Part shown: positions 1 through 9,253 of the stretch, in pieces
How the letters are laid out: every line of letters begins with the position of its first letter
How positions within the stretch are numbered: the stretch's first letter is position 1
DNA from: an uncultured Clostridia bacterium
GTDB taxonomy: Bacteria; Bacillota; Clostridia; Christensenellales; UBA1242
DNA: 58,769 nt
Assembly: GCA_947168085.1 (NCBI GenBank)
Contig: CAMVKM010000001.1
Span: 1 to 58,769 of the forward strand
Direction: 5' to 3'
Notes under the pieces: model-generated
Databases searched by the model: none
Told to the model about the DNA's origin: nothing
Seen by the model: the letters and a program-made list of their open reading frames with translations, nothing else
Position numbers and translations under genes: made by a program

Positions 1-27
1 GCCACCATTTATGACAAATTTTTCCAT
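1..27 (-). CDS. 5' end (9 codons, MEKFVINGG) of a CDS continuing beyond the left edge; product not assignable (the N-terminus is MurA-like at best)
   Basis: ATG at 27-25 on the minus strand, preceded by AAGGAAG (38-32). The frame is open to position 1. Confidence 0.3.
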
Positions 28-97
28 AAATCTTCCTTTTTTAAACAATAATATGAAAAAAAAATGTTTTTTGTTAAAAAATTTCAAAAATTTTGTA

Positions 98-125
98 TTG
101 ACATCTTTTTGTTTTATGTTATAAT
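98..125 (+). promoter_or_regulatory. sigma-A-type promoter with extended -10 for the 148..642 CDS
   Basis: TTGACA at 98-103, a 16-nt spacer containing TG at 117-118, and TATAAT at 120-125 (TGtTATAAT). AAGGAG RBS at 134-139 and ATG at 148. Confidence 0.6.
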
Positions 126-147
126 AAAAAGGTAAGGAGTTAAAACT

Positions 148-642
148 ATGAACATTACTGAATACAACAACATGATGTTAGACTTAAAAAAATATGACCT
201 TGAAAACGAAATTGTTTGGTTTTACGCAATTGAAAAAAATGGCGCAGTTGTTGTGCCTGTTGCAAAAAACATTTTAAACACTGAGTTCTTTGACCTTAGA
301 ACAGGAAAATATTACAGCCAAAACAGCATTTTTGATGCAATGAAAACAGATTACTTTTTGGAAACCTACTTTTGCCAAACAAATTCAGCAAGTTTACAAA
401 AAAGTTTGGAAGATGTTTGCATTGAAAATGACTCTAACAAAGAAGTTTTTCAATTAATTTCAAAAACTTTGGCAAAAGACAAAAAAATTGCTTTCCCTGT
501 TATTGAAAAAGAAAAACAAAAACTTTCAAAATACAAATTAATTAAAAAAGCAAACGCCCTTGAAAACATTTTTGGTGCAGTACACAAATTTCAACATAGC
601 AAAAGTTTTAAAGAGCAAGAAAACAGCACACTTTCAAGATAG
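148..642 (+). CDS. hypothetical protein (164 aa), no family recognised
   Basis: ORF with a strong promoter, an AAGGAG RBS 8 nt upstream and a terminator directly downstream. Composition looks like an ordinary soluble protein. Confidence 0.75.
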   Translation: MNITEYNNMMLDLKKYDLENEIVWFYAIEKNGAVVVPVAKNILNTEFFDLRTGKYYSQNSIFDAMKTDYFLETYFCQTNSASLQKSLEDVCIENDSNKEVFQLISKTLAKDKKIAFPVIEKEKQKLSKYKLIKKANALENIFGAVHKFQHSKSFKEQENSTLSR

Positions 643-671
643 AAAAAAGAGCAAATTTTTGCTCTTTTTTT
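643..671. terminator. bidirectional rho-independent terminator between convergent genes
   Basis: A-run 643-648, stem GAGCA 649-653 / TGCTC 660-664, T-run 665-671. Confidence 0.6.
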
Positions 672-758
672 ATCTCTCAAAAACTGCTTCTTTTAATTTT
701 GTTAACACTTTTGGTTTTTGTGATTTTGCAACATTTAATTGTCCACAGTTTTCTCCTA

Positions 759-1688
759 TCACTTTTTCTTTCGGTGTTTAATTTTGCTTTTTGCCACTTT
801 TTGTTTGTTTTTCTTTTTTTGTTTAACTGATTTTACAATTTGTTTTTTAACTGTTTTAATTTGTTTTTTCTCAGCCTTAAGTCCTTGTTTTGCTTCCTTA
901 ATTTCAGCTTTAATTTCAGCTTTTGCTTCTCTAAGTTCGGCTTTCACTTCTTCTTTTTCATATTTTATTTCAACTTTTTCAGCATGTTCAATCGCTTTTT
1001 CATTTTGCTTTTGAAATTTATACTCATCTTTTTCAAGTTTTTTGATTATGTTTGTTTTGGTTTCCTTTCCTTTTAAAAGCCTTTCAATGTTGCTTCGGTG
1101 AGCATACCAAACAAGCAAAAAGAGAGCAAGGGTTAAAAGTGCAATTGGAAGATTTGGCTCTGTTAAAAGCCCAATTTCAAATGGGTTGTAGTAAAGATAA
1201 AACAAGTTTTGCCAAACAACCATAACCGACACAATCAAAAGTGAAGCTAAAGATAGATACTTGAAAAACCAAACAAACCAAAAAGCAAGGAAAAAGAGTA
1301 TCAGCATTGGAATTGGCTGTGCAACCAAAAACACACCAATTACTGTTGAAACACCTTTTCCACCCTTAAATTTAAAGATAACAGGAAAAATGTGTCCTAC
1401 AACTGCGGCAAGACCACACGAGTAAAGCGCAATTGTGCCTTCGGTTGTTCCAAAACCAAAAACCAAAAGTGCAGCAAGGCTTGGAATGATACCTTTTAAT
1501 GCGTCAAGCAAAAGCACAATCCATCCAGTTTTCCTTCCAACATTTCTAAAAACATTTGTTGCACCTGGATTGCCTGAACCTTTTGTTGTTATGTCAACAT
1601 TGTGTTTTTTTGCAAGAATTCGTCCAAAACTTATGTTTCCAACAAAATAAGATGCAACAACAAAAACAGCAAGAAGAATGAAGTTCAT
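759..1688 (-). CDS. plsY: glycerol-3-phosphate acyltransferase PlsY with a ~98-aa Lys/Glu-rich C-terminal extension
   Basis: N-terminus ...GNISFGRILAK...GSGNPGATNVFR...LLLDALKG... and C-terminal ...HRSNIERLLKGKE are classic PlsY. The TAATG overlap with the der stop preserves the conserved der-plsY order. Confidence 0.9.
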   Translation of the reverse strand: MNFILLAVFVVASYFVGNISFGRILAKKHNVDITTKGSGNPGATNVFRNVGRKTGWIVLLLDALKGIIPSLAALLVFGFGTTEGTIALYSCGLAAVVGHIFPVIFKFKGGKGVSTVIGVFLVAQPIPMLILFFLAFWFVWFFKYLSLASLLIVSVMVVWQNLFYLYYNPFEIGLLTEPNLPIALLTLALFLLVWYAHRSNIERLLKGKETKTNIIKKLEKDEYKFQKQNEKAIEHAEKVEIKYEKEEVKAELREAKAEIKAEIKEAKQGLKAEKKQIKTVKKQIVKSVKQKKKNKQKVAKSKIKHRKKK

Positions 1689-3016
1689 TATTTATCCCCC
1701 TTGTTTGTTTGTTTAACTAAAATTTTTATTGGAGTACCAGAAAAATCTTTTGCCCTTCTTAAACAATTTTCAAGATAACGTTTGTAGGAAAAATGCAACA
1801 ACTTTTCGTCATTTACAAACAGCATAAAAGTTGGTGGGCAAACATCAACTTGTGTCATATACTTTATTTTAAGTCGTTTTCCAGCATGCGTTGGTGGCTC
1901 TGTTGTTGAAATTGCATCTTGCAAAATTTCATTTAAAAGCCCAGTTGAAATTCTTGTTTTTGCATGCTCTAAAACTGTTTCAACACTTTCCATAATTTTC
2001 CCAAAACGTGTCCCTTCAAGCGCTGAAATGTATTGCACAACAAAATAATCCATGAATTTTAGTTCTTGTTTTAGTTTGTCTGTGTATTTTTTAACAGTTT
2101 TGTTGTCCTTTTCAATCAAATCCCACTTGTTGTAAAGAATCACACTTGGTTTTCCAAGTTCGTGAATGTATCCCAAAACACGAACATCTTGTTCGCTAAT
2201 TTCTTCAGAAGCATCTAAAACATAAACAACAACATTTGCTCTTCTAATTGCCTGCAAACTTCGCATAACCGAAAAACCTTCTATGCTTTCATAGTCTATT
2301 TTGCTTTTTCTTCTAATCCCTGCTGTGTCTATCAAAACAAAATCTTTTCCTTTGTAACGAAAAGGAACATCAATGGCATCTCTTGTTGTTCCAGCAACAT
2401 CACTAACAACAACACGTGTTTCACCCAAAAGTCTGTTTGTTATGCTGCTTTTTCCAGCATTTGGTCTGCCAACAATTGCAATTTTTGTTTTTGCATTTTC
2501 TTCAAATGGTGAAACTTTGTTTTTAAAAAGAGCAACAACTTCATCCAAAACATCAGCAACACCTTTGCCGTGTTCACTTGAAATTGCAATTGGAATTCCA
2601 AGCCCAAGTTTGTAAAAATCAAGGGTGCCTTCATCCAGTTCATCATTTTCAAGTTTGTTTACCGCAAGAACAACTGGCTTTTTTGCTTTTCTTAAAATTT
2701 GAGCAACATTAAAATCGCTGTTGCTCACACCTTCTTTTCCATCAACAATCATCAAAACAACATCAGCAACATCAATAGCAAGATTTGCTTGCATCAAAAT
2801 ATATTTTTGCCATTCATCATCTTTTGCCGGTTCAATTCCACCAGTGTCAATCATTGAAAACGCATGGCCAGCCCATTCTGCGTCAACAATAATTCTGTCA
2901 CGAGTAACTCCCGGTGTGTTTTTAACAATGCTGATGCGCTTGCCGGCAACACGATTAAAAAATGTTGACTTTCCAACATTTGGCTTTCCAATAATTGCAA
3001 GAACTGGTTTTTCCAT
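1688..3016 (-). CDS. der: ribosome-biogenesis GTPase Der (EngA), double GTPase domain
   Basis: Two G-domains (GKPNVGKSTFFN...DTGG; GRPNAGKSSITN...DTAG...NKWD) plus a KH-like C-terminus. AAGGAG-type RBS at 3022-3030. Confidence 0.95.
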   Translation of the reverse strand: MEKPVLAIIGKPNVGKSTFFNRVAGKRISIVKNTPGVTRDRIIVDAEWAGHAFSMIDTGGIEPAKDDEWQKYILMQANLAIDVADVVLMIVDGKEGVSNSDFNVAQILRKAKKPVVLAVNKLENDELDEGTLDFYKLGLGIPIAISSEHGKGVADVLDEVVALFKNKVSPFEENAKTKIAIVGRPNAGKSSITNRLLGETRVVVSDVAGTTRDAIDVPFRYKGKDFVLIDTAGIRRKSKIDYESIEGFSVMRSLQAIRRANVVVYVLDASEEISEQDVRVLGYIHELGKPSVILYNKWDLIEKDNKTVKKYTDKLKQELKFMDYFVVQYISALEGTRFGKIMESVETVLEHAKTRISTGLLNEILQDAISTTEPPTHAGKRLKIKYMTQVDVCPPTFMLFVNDEKLLHFSYKRYLENCLRRAKDFSGTPIKILVKQTNKGDK

Positions 3017-3037
3017 AAAAATTTTCTCCTTTTTGCT

Positions 3038-3496
3038 TTAAGTTTTTAGTTTTGACAAAACATCAATAAAACTGTCGATGTCAGTAAATTGTTTGTAGAC
3101 CGAAGCAAATCTAACATAGGCCACTTGGTCAAGTTTTTTTAGCTCTCGCATCACTTCTTCACCAATTTTTAGTGATGTTACTTCTTGCGCTAAACTGTTG
3201 CAAATGTTTTTTTCAATTTGATTAACAACTTCATCAATTTGAACCATGGTAACAGGACGCTTGTCACAAGCCTTAACCATTCCACGTCTAACTTTTTCAC
3301 GGTCAAACATTTGTCTGCTTCCATCTTTTTTTACAACCATAACAGGAATGCTTTCGTAAACTTCAAAAGTTGTAAAACGTTTGCCACATTTTGGGCATTC
3401 ACGTCTACGCCTAATTGAAGTTACATCTTCATTCGTTCGTGAATCAATAACTTTTGTGTCAACAAAACCACAAAACAAACACTTCATAATCTTCAC
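3038..3496 (-). CDS. nrdR: transcriptional repressor NrdR (zinc ribbon + ATP-cone)
   Basis: [15 protein letters not shown]...[16 protein letters not shown] plus an ATP-cone. The true start may be the second Met at 3487. Confidence 0.93.
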   Translation of the reverse strand: MKIMKCLFCGFVDTKVIDSRTNEDVTSIRRRRECPKCGKRFTTFEVYESIPVMVVKKDGSRQMFDREKVRRGMVKACDKRPVTMVQIDEVVNQIEKNICNSLAQEVTSLKIGEEVMRELKKLDQVAYVRFASVYKQFTDIDSFIDVLSKLKT

Positions 3497-3587
3497 CTCT
3501 TTTAAAATTATAGCAAATTTTAACGGGTTTGTCTAGCACTTACAAAATTTAGTAATTTATTTTTTAAAATTTTCATAAACTTTTACT

Positions 3588-3899
3588 ATGGAAACCAGTT
3601 TTAACGAAATGAGAACAAAACTTGTGGTAAATGTTGTGGATGGAAAAAAGTTAGGACATATCATAGACATTGTTTTTGAACAAAACAGTGCAAAAATTTT
3701 GGGATTTGTTGTTCCAAGTCACAAAAATTTTTTATCTCTTTTTAAAGCTAAAGAAGACATTTTTATTCCATACCACTGCATTTGCAAAATTGGAAGTGAC
3801 ACAATTTTAGTTCAACTGTCTGGCGTTTTTAATCAAACACCCAAACCACCAAATCAAGTTTTTTACACCGAAATAACAACTCAAGAAAACAAAAAATAA
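3588..3899 (+). CDS. YlmC/YmxH-family PRC-barrel (sporulation-associated) protein
   Basis: LVVNVVDGKKLGHIIDIVF...ILGFVVP...IPYHCICKIGSDTILVQL matches the YlmC/YmxH pattern. There is no clear SD, so the start is uncertain (alternative Met at codon 8). Confidence 0.7.
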   Translation: METSFNEMRTKLVVNVVDGKKLGHIIDIVFEQNSAKILGFVVPSHKNFLSLFKAKEDIFIPYHCICKIGSDTILVQLSGVFNQTPKPPNQVFYTEITTQENKK

Positions 3900-3920
3900 G
3901 GGCAAAATCCCTTATTTTTC
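3897..3920 (+). terminator. rho-independent terminator
   Basis: Stem TAAGGG 3897-3902 / CCCTTA 3909-3914, loop caaaat, then TTTTT. Confidence 0.6.
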
Positions 3921-3985
3921 ATTTTTTACATATGTTTTTTAACTTTTTTTAAAAAAACTTGCCAATATTTTTGCAAATCAAAATT

Positions 3986-4369
3986 TTAAATTATGTTTTG
4001 TGGATCAAAAGACACAGTGCTAAAAAACACATCAACAGCATGAAACAAAACTTTTGCTTCAACAAAAGCAAGCTCAAAATCTTCGTTGTCAAGATGAGCT
4101 GAAACAAGTGTTAGTTGACTGCCAATTTTTTCTATGTCTTTAAAATCAACCAAAAGGCTCAAAACAACTTCTTTGTCTTTCCAAAAGGTTGTAAGATTTT
4201 TGCACTTTTGTTTACTTTCATCAAGTTTGTTTTCTTCAATCAAGTTTGTGAGTGTTGTGATTTCATCTTCCATTGTTTTACAAGTTGTGTCAATAAAGTT
4301 TTGCTCAAAAAACACACCCACCAATAGCACCACAAACAAACACAAAACAAACCAGCCACGCCCTACCAT
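3986..4369 (-). CDS. DUF4363-family small membrane-anchored protein
   Basis: N-terminal TM followed by a helical region with W-x(n)-L..L.D..DIE pattern. It overlaps the upstream DUF421 gene by 7 nt, and DUF421-DUF4363 is a common pairing in Clostridia. Confidence 0.6.
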   Translation of the reverse strand: MVGRGWFVLCLFVVLLVGVFFEQNFIDTTCKTMEDEITTLTNLIEENKLDESKQKCKNLTTFWKDKEVVLSLLVDFKDIEKIGSQLTLVSAHLDNEDFELAFVEAKVLFHAVDVFFSTVSFDPQNII

Positions 4370-5082
4370 TTGCCTTCTCCATCAAATTGTGTTTGCATGA
4401 TTTCAAACTTTTTGTTTTTTGGCTGCACAAAAACACTGCCGTTGCTGTCAAGAGTTAGAATCACCACATCTTTAAAATTTTTTATGTTTATTTTTGTTAA
4501 AATGTCTTGCAAAAATTTGATGTCAATTTGCGCCAATTCCAAATTTTTTTTAACAATTTTTCCAGCAGACACCAAAACAAGCGGTAAACTTGCTTTTGGC
4601 ATGTCAATTTTTAAACTTTGATTACAAACAGGACTAACTTCACTTTTTTGAATAACCGAAAGCGTTCCATTTGTTTCAACAATTGCATAAGCAACATCTT
4701 CAAGCCTAAAAACATTCATTGCCCTTAACCCTTGCATCAAATCATCAAAAGTCATGTTAAGAGATTTTAGTGCATCAAATTCAATTCCTTTTGGCGACAT
4801 AACAACAACCGGTCTGCCGTTTACAAGCTTTCGAACAAACAAACTTTTTCTAGACAAAAGCGAAACAACAAAATGAAGCACCACCAAAAAAGCAAGTGGC
4901 ACCAACGAAAACAAAAGTGGCACGCTGTTTTGTGTCATGGGAAGAGTTGCAATGTCTGCCATAACAAGAGTTAAAACAAGCTCAAAAGGTTGCAACTCAC
5001 CAACCTGACGTTTGCCCATAAAACGCAAAAAAATTAAAACAATTAAATAGACAATTAAAACTCTTAAAAGGATTGTAAACAT
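4363..5082 (-). CDS. DUF421 (YetF-like) membrane protein
   Basis: N-terminus ...LRFMGKRQVGELQPFELVLTLVMADIA... is the DUF421 signature, with a C-terminal soluble domain. Confidence 0.85.
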   Translation of the reverse strand: MFTILLRVLIVYLIVLIFLRFMGKRQVGELQPFELVLTLVMADIATLPMTQNSVPLLFSLVPLAFLVVLHFVVSLLSRKSLFVRKLVNGRPVVVMSPKGIEFDALKSLNMTFDDLMQGLRAMNVFRLEDVAYAIVETNGTLSVIQKSEVSPVCNQSLKIDMPKASLPLVLVSAGKIVKKNLELAQIDIKFLQDILTKINIKNFKDVVILTLDSNGSVFVQPKNKKFEIMQTQFDGEGKW

Positions 5083-5116
5083 AATTTTAATTTGCTAAAT
5101 TTGCAAAAAATTATGC

Positions 5117-6655
5117 TTAAATTTTTGATATTTTGCGATTTTTGTGGAATATTTTTGAAAATAAACCAATTTTTGAAAAAATAATTGCAAAATCAAACAA
5201 TTTAAATACCATGCAAAGTAACACAAAAAAGAAAACGCAAATTCCACCAGCACACACAAGTGACAAAAAACTTGGCAAAAATTTTAACAGCAAATTAAAA
5301 CACAGTCTTGAAAGCAAAGCACAAAAAACAGCAAACAGAACACTTAAACAAAGTGGCTTTGTTAAACCAAGTTTTTGTTTTGTCGCTTTTTTTATCATAA
5401 GCACATTTAAAAACGTTGTGATCAGCATGCAAAGTCCAAAACCAACAATTAATGCAAAAACTTTTAAAACACCCGTTAAACACACAATGCTTAAAATTAA
5501 AATCACACCACCCAAAAGATTGTTTACAAAAGATTTTACTTCCAAATTAAGTGCATTCAAAACACTTGATGTAATGTTTGAAAGCCCAAGTGGAATCATA
5601 ATAAAACTTGCCCAAATCAAAAACTTTCCACTTTGGATGTTGTCATAAACAAGCGAGCAAATTTCAACACCAAAAGCAAGATAAAGTGGAACAATCAAGG
5701 CGCTTGCAAGAACCGAAAAAGTCATGCCGGTTTTTATTCGCTCTTGGGCAAGTTTTGTTTGACCTTTTTCAATTGCTGTTGAAAGTTCTGGAATCAAAGC
5801 AAACGAAAGCGCACCAATTAACGCCACCGGCAAAAACAAAAGTGGAAAACTCATGCCCATCACTTCACCAAACACACTCATGGCCACCTCATTGCTTTCG
5901 CCAGAGCAAACAAACATTAAAGGAAACAAAATTCCAACGATTGGTTGAATTAAACTGCTAACAACTCTAACGCCCGTAATTGGAGCAGAGCTTTTAAAAA
6001 CTGGAGAAAAATAGCCCTTTGGTTTTCCAAAGCGTTTACCTTTTTTAAAAAACACAAAAAGCACAGCAAGCATAGAAACAACACATGAAACTGTCATGGC
6101 AATTCCAGCAATCATTGCGCCGTCAAAGGGCAAACTTAAACAACCAAACAAAACTGCAAAAACAAAAATTCTTGCAACCTGCTCAAGTGTTTCTGTCCAA
6201 CCAACCGAAAAATAATCTTTTTCGCCCCAAAAAATTCCACGAACAGAAGCATAAACAGCGCTCGCAACAACAGCAGGAAGTAACACCACCAAAATGTCCA
6301 CCACTCTTTCATCAGTAAACATCAAAGCAAAAACATTTTGAAAAACCAAAACAATCACACAAACCAAAAGGCCAACCAAAACACCTAAAATGGTTGAACT
6401 TGATGCAACACTGTTAATTTGTTTTGTTCTTCCACTTGCCTTAAACCTTGCTGTCATTTTAGAAACTGTTACAGGAATTCCACTTGACACCAAAAGCACA
6501 AAAACCATAAAAATTGAAATGGCAACGTGGTAAACACCCAAAAGTTCAGCCCCAATACTTCTTGAAAGATAAATTTTAAAAAAGAACCCAAGTGCACGTG
6601 CCAAAACCGAAAAAACAGCAACTAACAAAACATCTTTAAAAAGTGATTTTGCCAT
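5117..6655 (-). CDS. MOP-superfamily polysaccharide/lipid-II-type flippase, SpoVB-like
   Basis: 512 aa with about 14 TM segments. N-terminus ...VFSVLARALGFFFKIYLSRSIGAELLGVY... is typical of the SpoVB/MurJ-Wzx family. Confidence 0.8.
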   Translation of the reverse strand: MAKSLFKDVLLVAVFSVLARALGFFFKIYLSRSIGAELLGVYHVAISIFMVFVLLVSSGIPVTVSKMTARFKASGRTKQINSVASSSTILGVLVGLLVCVIVLVFQNVFALMFTDERVVDILVVLLPAVVASAVYASVRGIFWGEKDYFSVGWTETLEQVARIFVFAVLFGCLSLPFDGAMIAGIAMTVSCVVSMLAVLFVFFKKGKRFGKPKGYFSPVFKSSAPITGVRVVSSLIQPIVGILFPLMFVCSGESNEVAMSVFGEVMGMSFPLLFLPVALIGALSFALIPELSTAIEKGQTKLAQERIKTGMTFSVLASALIVPLYLAFGVEICSLVYDNIQSGKFLIWASFIMIPLGLSNITSSVLNALNLEVKSFVNNLLGGVILILSIVCLTGVLKVFALIVGFGLCMLITTFLNVLMIKKATKQKLGLTKPLCLSVLFAVFCALLSRLCFNLLLKFLPSFLSLVCAGGICVFFFVLLCMVFKLFDFAIIFSKIGLFSKIFHKNRKISKI

Positions 6656-6797
6656 AAAAACCTTCCATATTTTTACAGAATTATTACGAAAACTTTTGCA
6701 AAATTATAACAAAAATTACAAAAACCATGTTTTTTCGTTGTTTTTTTACATTTTTTTAAGTTTTTTCATAAACTATTTTGCAAAAAGGAGAAATGTT

Positions 6798-7097
6798 ATG
6801 ATTAACTTTTTAGGCAAAAACAAATTTGAAAACTCTCAAATACTACACAGATTTAAAGATGGCGAAAATTTGGAAACATTAACAAAACTTTACGGCCCAC
6901 ACAAACTTTTATTTACCCCACAAAAAATATATCCCGGAGCATGCGCAATTTTAACAAACCTAAATCAAAACATTTATGTTGTTCATCCCGCAGACACAAT
7001 TGAAAGTGTTTCAAACAAATTAAAAGTTGACAAACAAATTTTAACCCACAAAAACAAAATCAAAAAACTTTTTGTTGGTCAAATTTTAAGTTATTAA
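6798..7097 (+). CDS. LysM-domain protein (99 aa from the internal ATG)
   Basis: AAAGGAG at 6784-6790 precedes ATG 6798; the upstream part of the track ORF from 6696 has no RBS. The C-terminal YVVHPADTIESVSNKLKVDKQIL..N....LFVGQIL is LysM-like. Confidence 0.7.
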   Translation: MINFLGKNKFENSQILHRFKDGENLETLTKLYGPHKLLFTPQKIYPGACAILTNLNQNIYVVHPADTIESVSNKLKVDKQILTHKNKIKKLFVGQILSY

Positions 7098-7124
7098 AAA
7101 AACAAGCATAATTGCTTGTTTTTT
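7096..7124. terminator. bidirectional rho-independent terminator
   Basis: A-run, stem ACAAGCA 7102-7108 / TGCTTGT 7113-7119, loop TAAT, T-run. It lies between convergent genes. Confidence 0.65.
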
Positions 7125-7127
7125 GTT

Positions 7128-7403
7128 TTAAAGTTCATTAAGTTTTTTAAGCAAAAGGTCAAGTTCAACTCCGTGAACCTGTGAAGCTTCTTCCAAAGTT
7201 TCAAACTGAGAAACAAAGCAACCAATGCAGTGCATCCCAAAACCAAGAAGCACAGCTTCGGCTTCTGGTTTTTTCGCAACAACCTCACCCAGTGTGCTGT
7301 CTTTTGTGAAAAGGTCATCTTTTGTTTTTGATTTTGCATTGCTTGTTTTTGTTCTGGATTTTTTTACATTTGTTTTAACTGTTTTTGTTGACGTTTTGGT
7401 CAT
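7128..7403 (-). CDS. DUF1858 (hybrid-cluster-protein-associated redox disulfide domain) protein with a Lys/Thr-rich N-terminal tail
   Basis: ...TLGEVVAKKPEAEAVLLGFGMHCIGC....ETLEEASQVHGVELDLLLKKLN matches the DUF1858 consensus. AGGAG RBS at 7412-7416. Confidence 0.8.
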   Translation of the reverse strand: MTKTSTKTVKTNVKKSRTKTSNAKSKTKDDLFTKDSTLGEVVAKKPEAEAVLLGFGMHCIGCFVSQFETLEEASQVHGVELDLLLKKLNEL

Positions 7404-7416
7404 AACACAATCTCCT

Positions 7417-8583
7417 TTAATTTAATTTTTCTCCACATTTTTTACAAATTTTTTCGCCTTCAAAATTTAAGTGTCCACAAACAGGACAAGTGTTTGAAAT
7501 CTCATCTGCGGTTTTGTAAAGTGTGTTTTTTTCTTTTCCACCAAATGAATAAAATGGGATTTTTTTCTTTTTTACTTTGCCTTCATTTTCAATTTCTTGC
7601 AAACTTCCTTTAACAAGGCTGTCTAGTTGTTTTTTGTTTGAATTTTCTTCAAACTCAAGTGTTTTTACTTCTTGTTTGAAAAGTTTTGGTTTTGTTGTGA
7701 TTTTTTCTTCATTTTTTGTGTTTTCGTTACTTAATTTTTGCAAATCAAAAATTTCAATTTTTTTCTGCGTATCTTTCTCATCGTTTTCATTTGTCAAAAC
7801 AACTTCTTCTTTGTTTTTTATGACAACATCCATTGTGTCATTATCTGGAAAAACTTCTTCAAAACGCTCGCCAGAAAAAGTGTCTGGAAACACAAGTGAA
7901 GTTAGCCTCATGTCAAACACAACAATTCCATAGTTAAGCATTGTTTTGTTTACTGCTGGTTTTAAAATCTCATTTGCAAAATCAAATTCTAAAAACGGCT
8001 TTTTGTTTTTGTATTTCTTTTTCCACAAAACTTCAGAACAAATTTCACTAATCAAATAATCAAGTTTTTGGCTTGCTTTCCCTGTTTTGATTTTTGCCCA
8101 ATCAATCAAAAAAAGTTTTAGTGCTTTCTCTGGTTCTTGAATCAAAAATTCGTAACTCCCACTCACATAATAGTGCATCCGTTTTGTTTCTTTGCTTTTA
8201 ATTCTTATTTCTTCTGTTCGCCACATACGTTTGGTGTTTTCACCAACATGAACAAAGTAAAGGTCACACTTAAACCTTTGCGGAAGAACAACTTCGGCAG
8301 TAATGCCATGTTTTACAACTTTGCCCTTGTCTAAACCAAGCGCCTTTGTGGTTTGCGGCAAATAAGCAAGCCCCATTTTGTGAGTTCCTTCACCAAAACA
8401 ATCAAGTGGCCCACCTTTTGCAACCACAACCGCTTTCCAATCTTTTTCAACAACAAGTTCTTGATTTAACTCAATTGTGTCATAGCCCCTTGAAAGTGGT
8501 TGAATAAAATCCATGTTTTTTGGCTTTGGCATTACAATTGGTTTTGGTTTAAAAAGATTTTTAAAAAACTTTATAAGCCCCAT
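7417..8583 (-). CDS. YdjI-like (SPFH-related, 'virion core protein-like') protein with a C-terminal CxxC...CxxC zinc ribbon
   Basis: The start is taken at Met13 (ATG 8583) behind a GGAGA RBS. The N-terminal half resembles B. subtilis YdjI-type proteins. The C-terminus is CPVCGHLNFEGEKICKKCGEKL. The family call is tentative. Confidence 0.7.
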   Translation of the reverse strand: MGLIKFFKNLFKPKPIVMPKPKNMDFIQPLSRGYDTIELNQELVVEKDWKAVVVAKGGPLDCFGEGTHKMGLAYLPQTTKALGLDKGKVVKHGITAEVVLPQRFKCDLYFVHVGENTKRMWRTEEIRIKSKETKRMHYYVSGSYEFLIQEPEKALKLFLIDWAKIKTGKASQKLDYLISEICSEVLWKKKYKNKKPFLEFDFANEILKPAVNKTMLNYGIVVFDMRLTSLVFPDTFSGERFEEVFPDNDTMDVVIKNKEEVVLTNENDEKDTQKKIEIFDLQKLSNENTKNEEKITTKPKLFKQEVKTLEFEENSNKKQLDSLVKGSLQEIENEGKVKKKKIPFYSFGGKEKNTLYKTADEISNTCPVCGHLNFEGEKICKKCGEKLN

Positions 8584-8686
8584 TTTTTTCTCCTTGTATT
8601 TATTATAACACAAAAACAAAAATTAAAGCAAGTTTTCAAAGAAACATTTTTTAAAATAATTCATATATTTTTTAAAAGGGGTTTTT

Positions 8687-9202
8687 GTGAAACAAACTGA
8701 TTTTTTTGAAAAAAATGTTATTTCGATTTTTGATGGAGAGTTTTGTGGAAAAGTTGAAAACCTTTGCTTTTGCGGTTTTAAACTTTTGGGAATTGAAATT
8801 AAAAAAGACAATTTAAAATTTTTTGTGCCAGCAAAAGCACTTTTTTCAGTAAACAAAAAATTTGTTATGATAAAAAACAAAAGCTTTTTAATGATTGCAC
8901 AAACACAAAAAGTGATTTCGTTTTTAGGAAAGCCGGTTGTTGATGTTTTTGGAAAAAGTTTTGGAAAAATTTTGCAAGTTTGGTTTTCAAAAAAATTTTT
9001 GATTGAAAAATTTTCAACATCAAACTTTAGTTTTGTCCCAAAACAAATTTTGTCTTGCAAAAATTTTGTTGTAATTAACAACAAAACAAATTTCAAAAAA
9101 AGCTGTTTTGCAAAAAATTGCAAATTAAAATCACAAAAAAACAAAATTTTTGCACCAAAAGTAAGCATTTTGCCTAAACACACAAATTTAAACAAAAAAT
9201 AA
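8687..9202 (+). CDS. PRC-barrel-like protein (two degenerate PRC-type modules), GTG start
   Basis: VISIFDGEFCGKVENL... and GKPVVDVFGKSFGKILQVWF... resemble PRC-barrel strands, and a terminator follows directly. A 194-aa antisense ORF competes with it (see rejected). Confidence 0.55.
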   Translation: MKQTDFFEKNVISIFDGEFCGKVENLCFCGFKLLGIEIKKDNLKFFVPAKALFSVNKKFVMIKNKSFLMIAQTQKVISFLGKPVVDVFGKSFGKILQVWFSKKFLIEKFSTSNFSFVPKQILSCKNFVVINNKTNFKKSCFAKNCKLKSQKNKIFAPKVSILPKHTNLNKK

Positions 9203-9226
9203 AACATTGCATTTTTGCAATGTTTT
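9201..9226. terminator. bidirectional rho-independent terminator (serves the PRC gene and the giant gene)
   Basis: Perfect stem AAAACATTGCA 9201-9211 / TGCAATGTTTT 9216-9226 with loop TTTT, and T-rich flanks on both strands. Confidence 0.65.
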
Positions 9227-9253
9227 ATTAAAGATTTTTTGCTAGATTAGCGT

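Noticed and set aside
739-1076. Plus-strand ORFs 739..1014 and 840..1076 (F/S/C-rich), plus 560..781.
   Set aside because: They are antisense images of the Lys/Glu-rich plsY tail (AAA/GAA codons read as TTT/TTC). They span the terminator and have no RBS.
5133-6318. Plus-strand ORFs (171, 117 and 77 aa) inside the SpoVB-like gene, and the 7094..7339 minus-strand ORF inside the DUF1858 gene.
   Set aside because: They overlap confidently assigned genes in other frames or on the other strand. They are basic and low-complexity and have no translation signals.
8623-9207. A 194-aa minus-strand ORF overlapping the 8687..9202 plus-strand ORF.
   Set aside because: Its translation is F/K/L-rich and low-complexity, with no recognisable fold and no RBS. 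The plus-strand product has PRC-barrel-like strands and is followed by a terminator. The plus-strand call itself is only moderate confidence.
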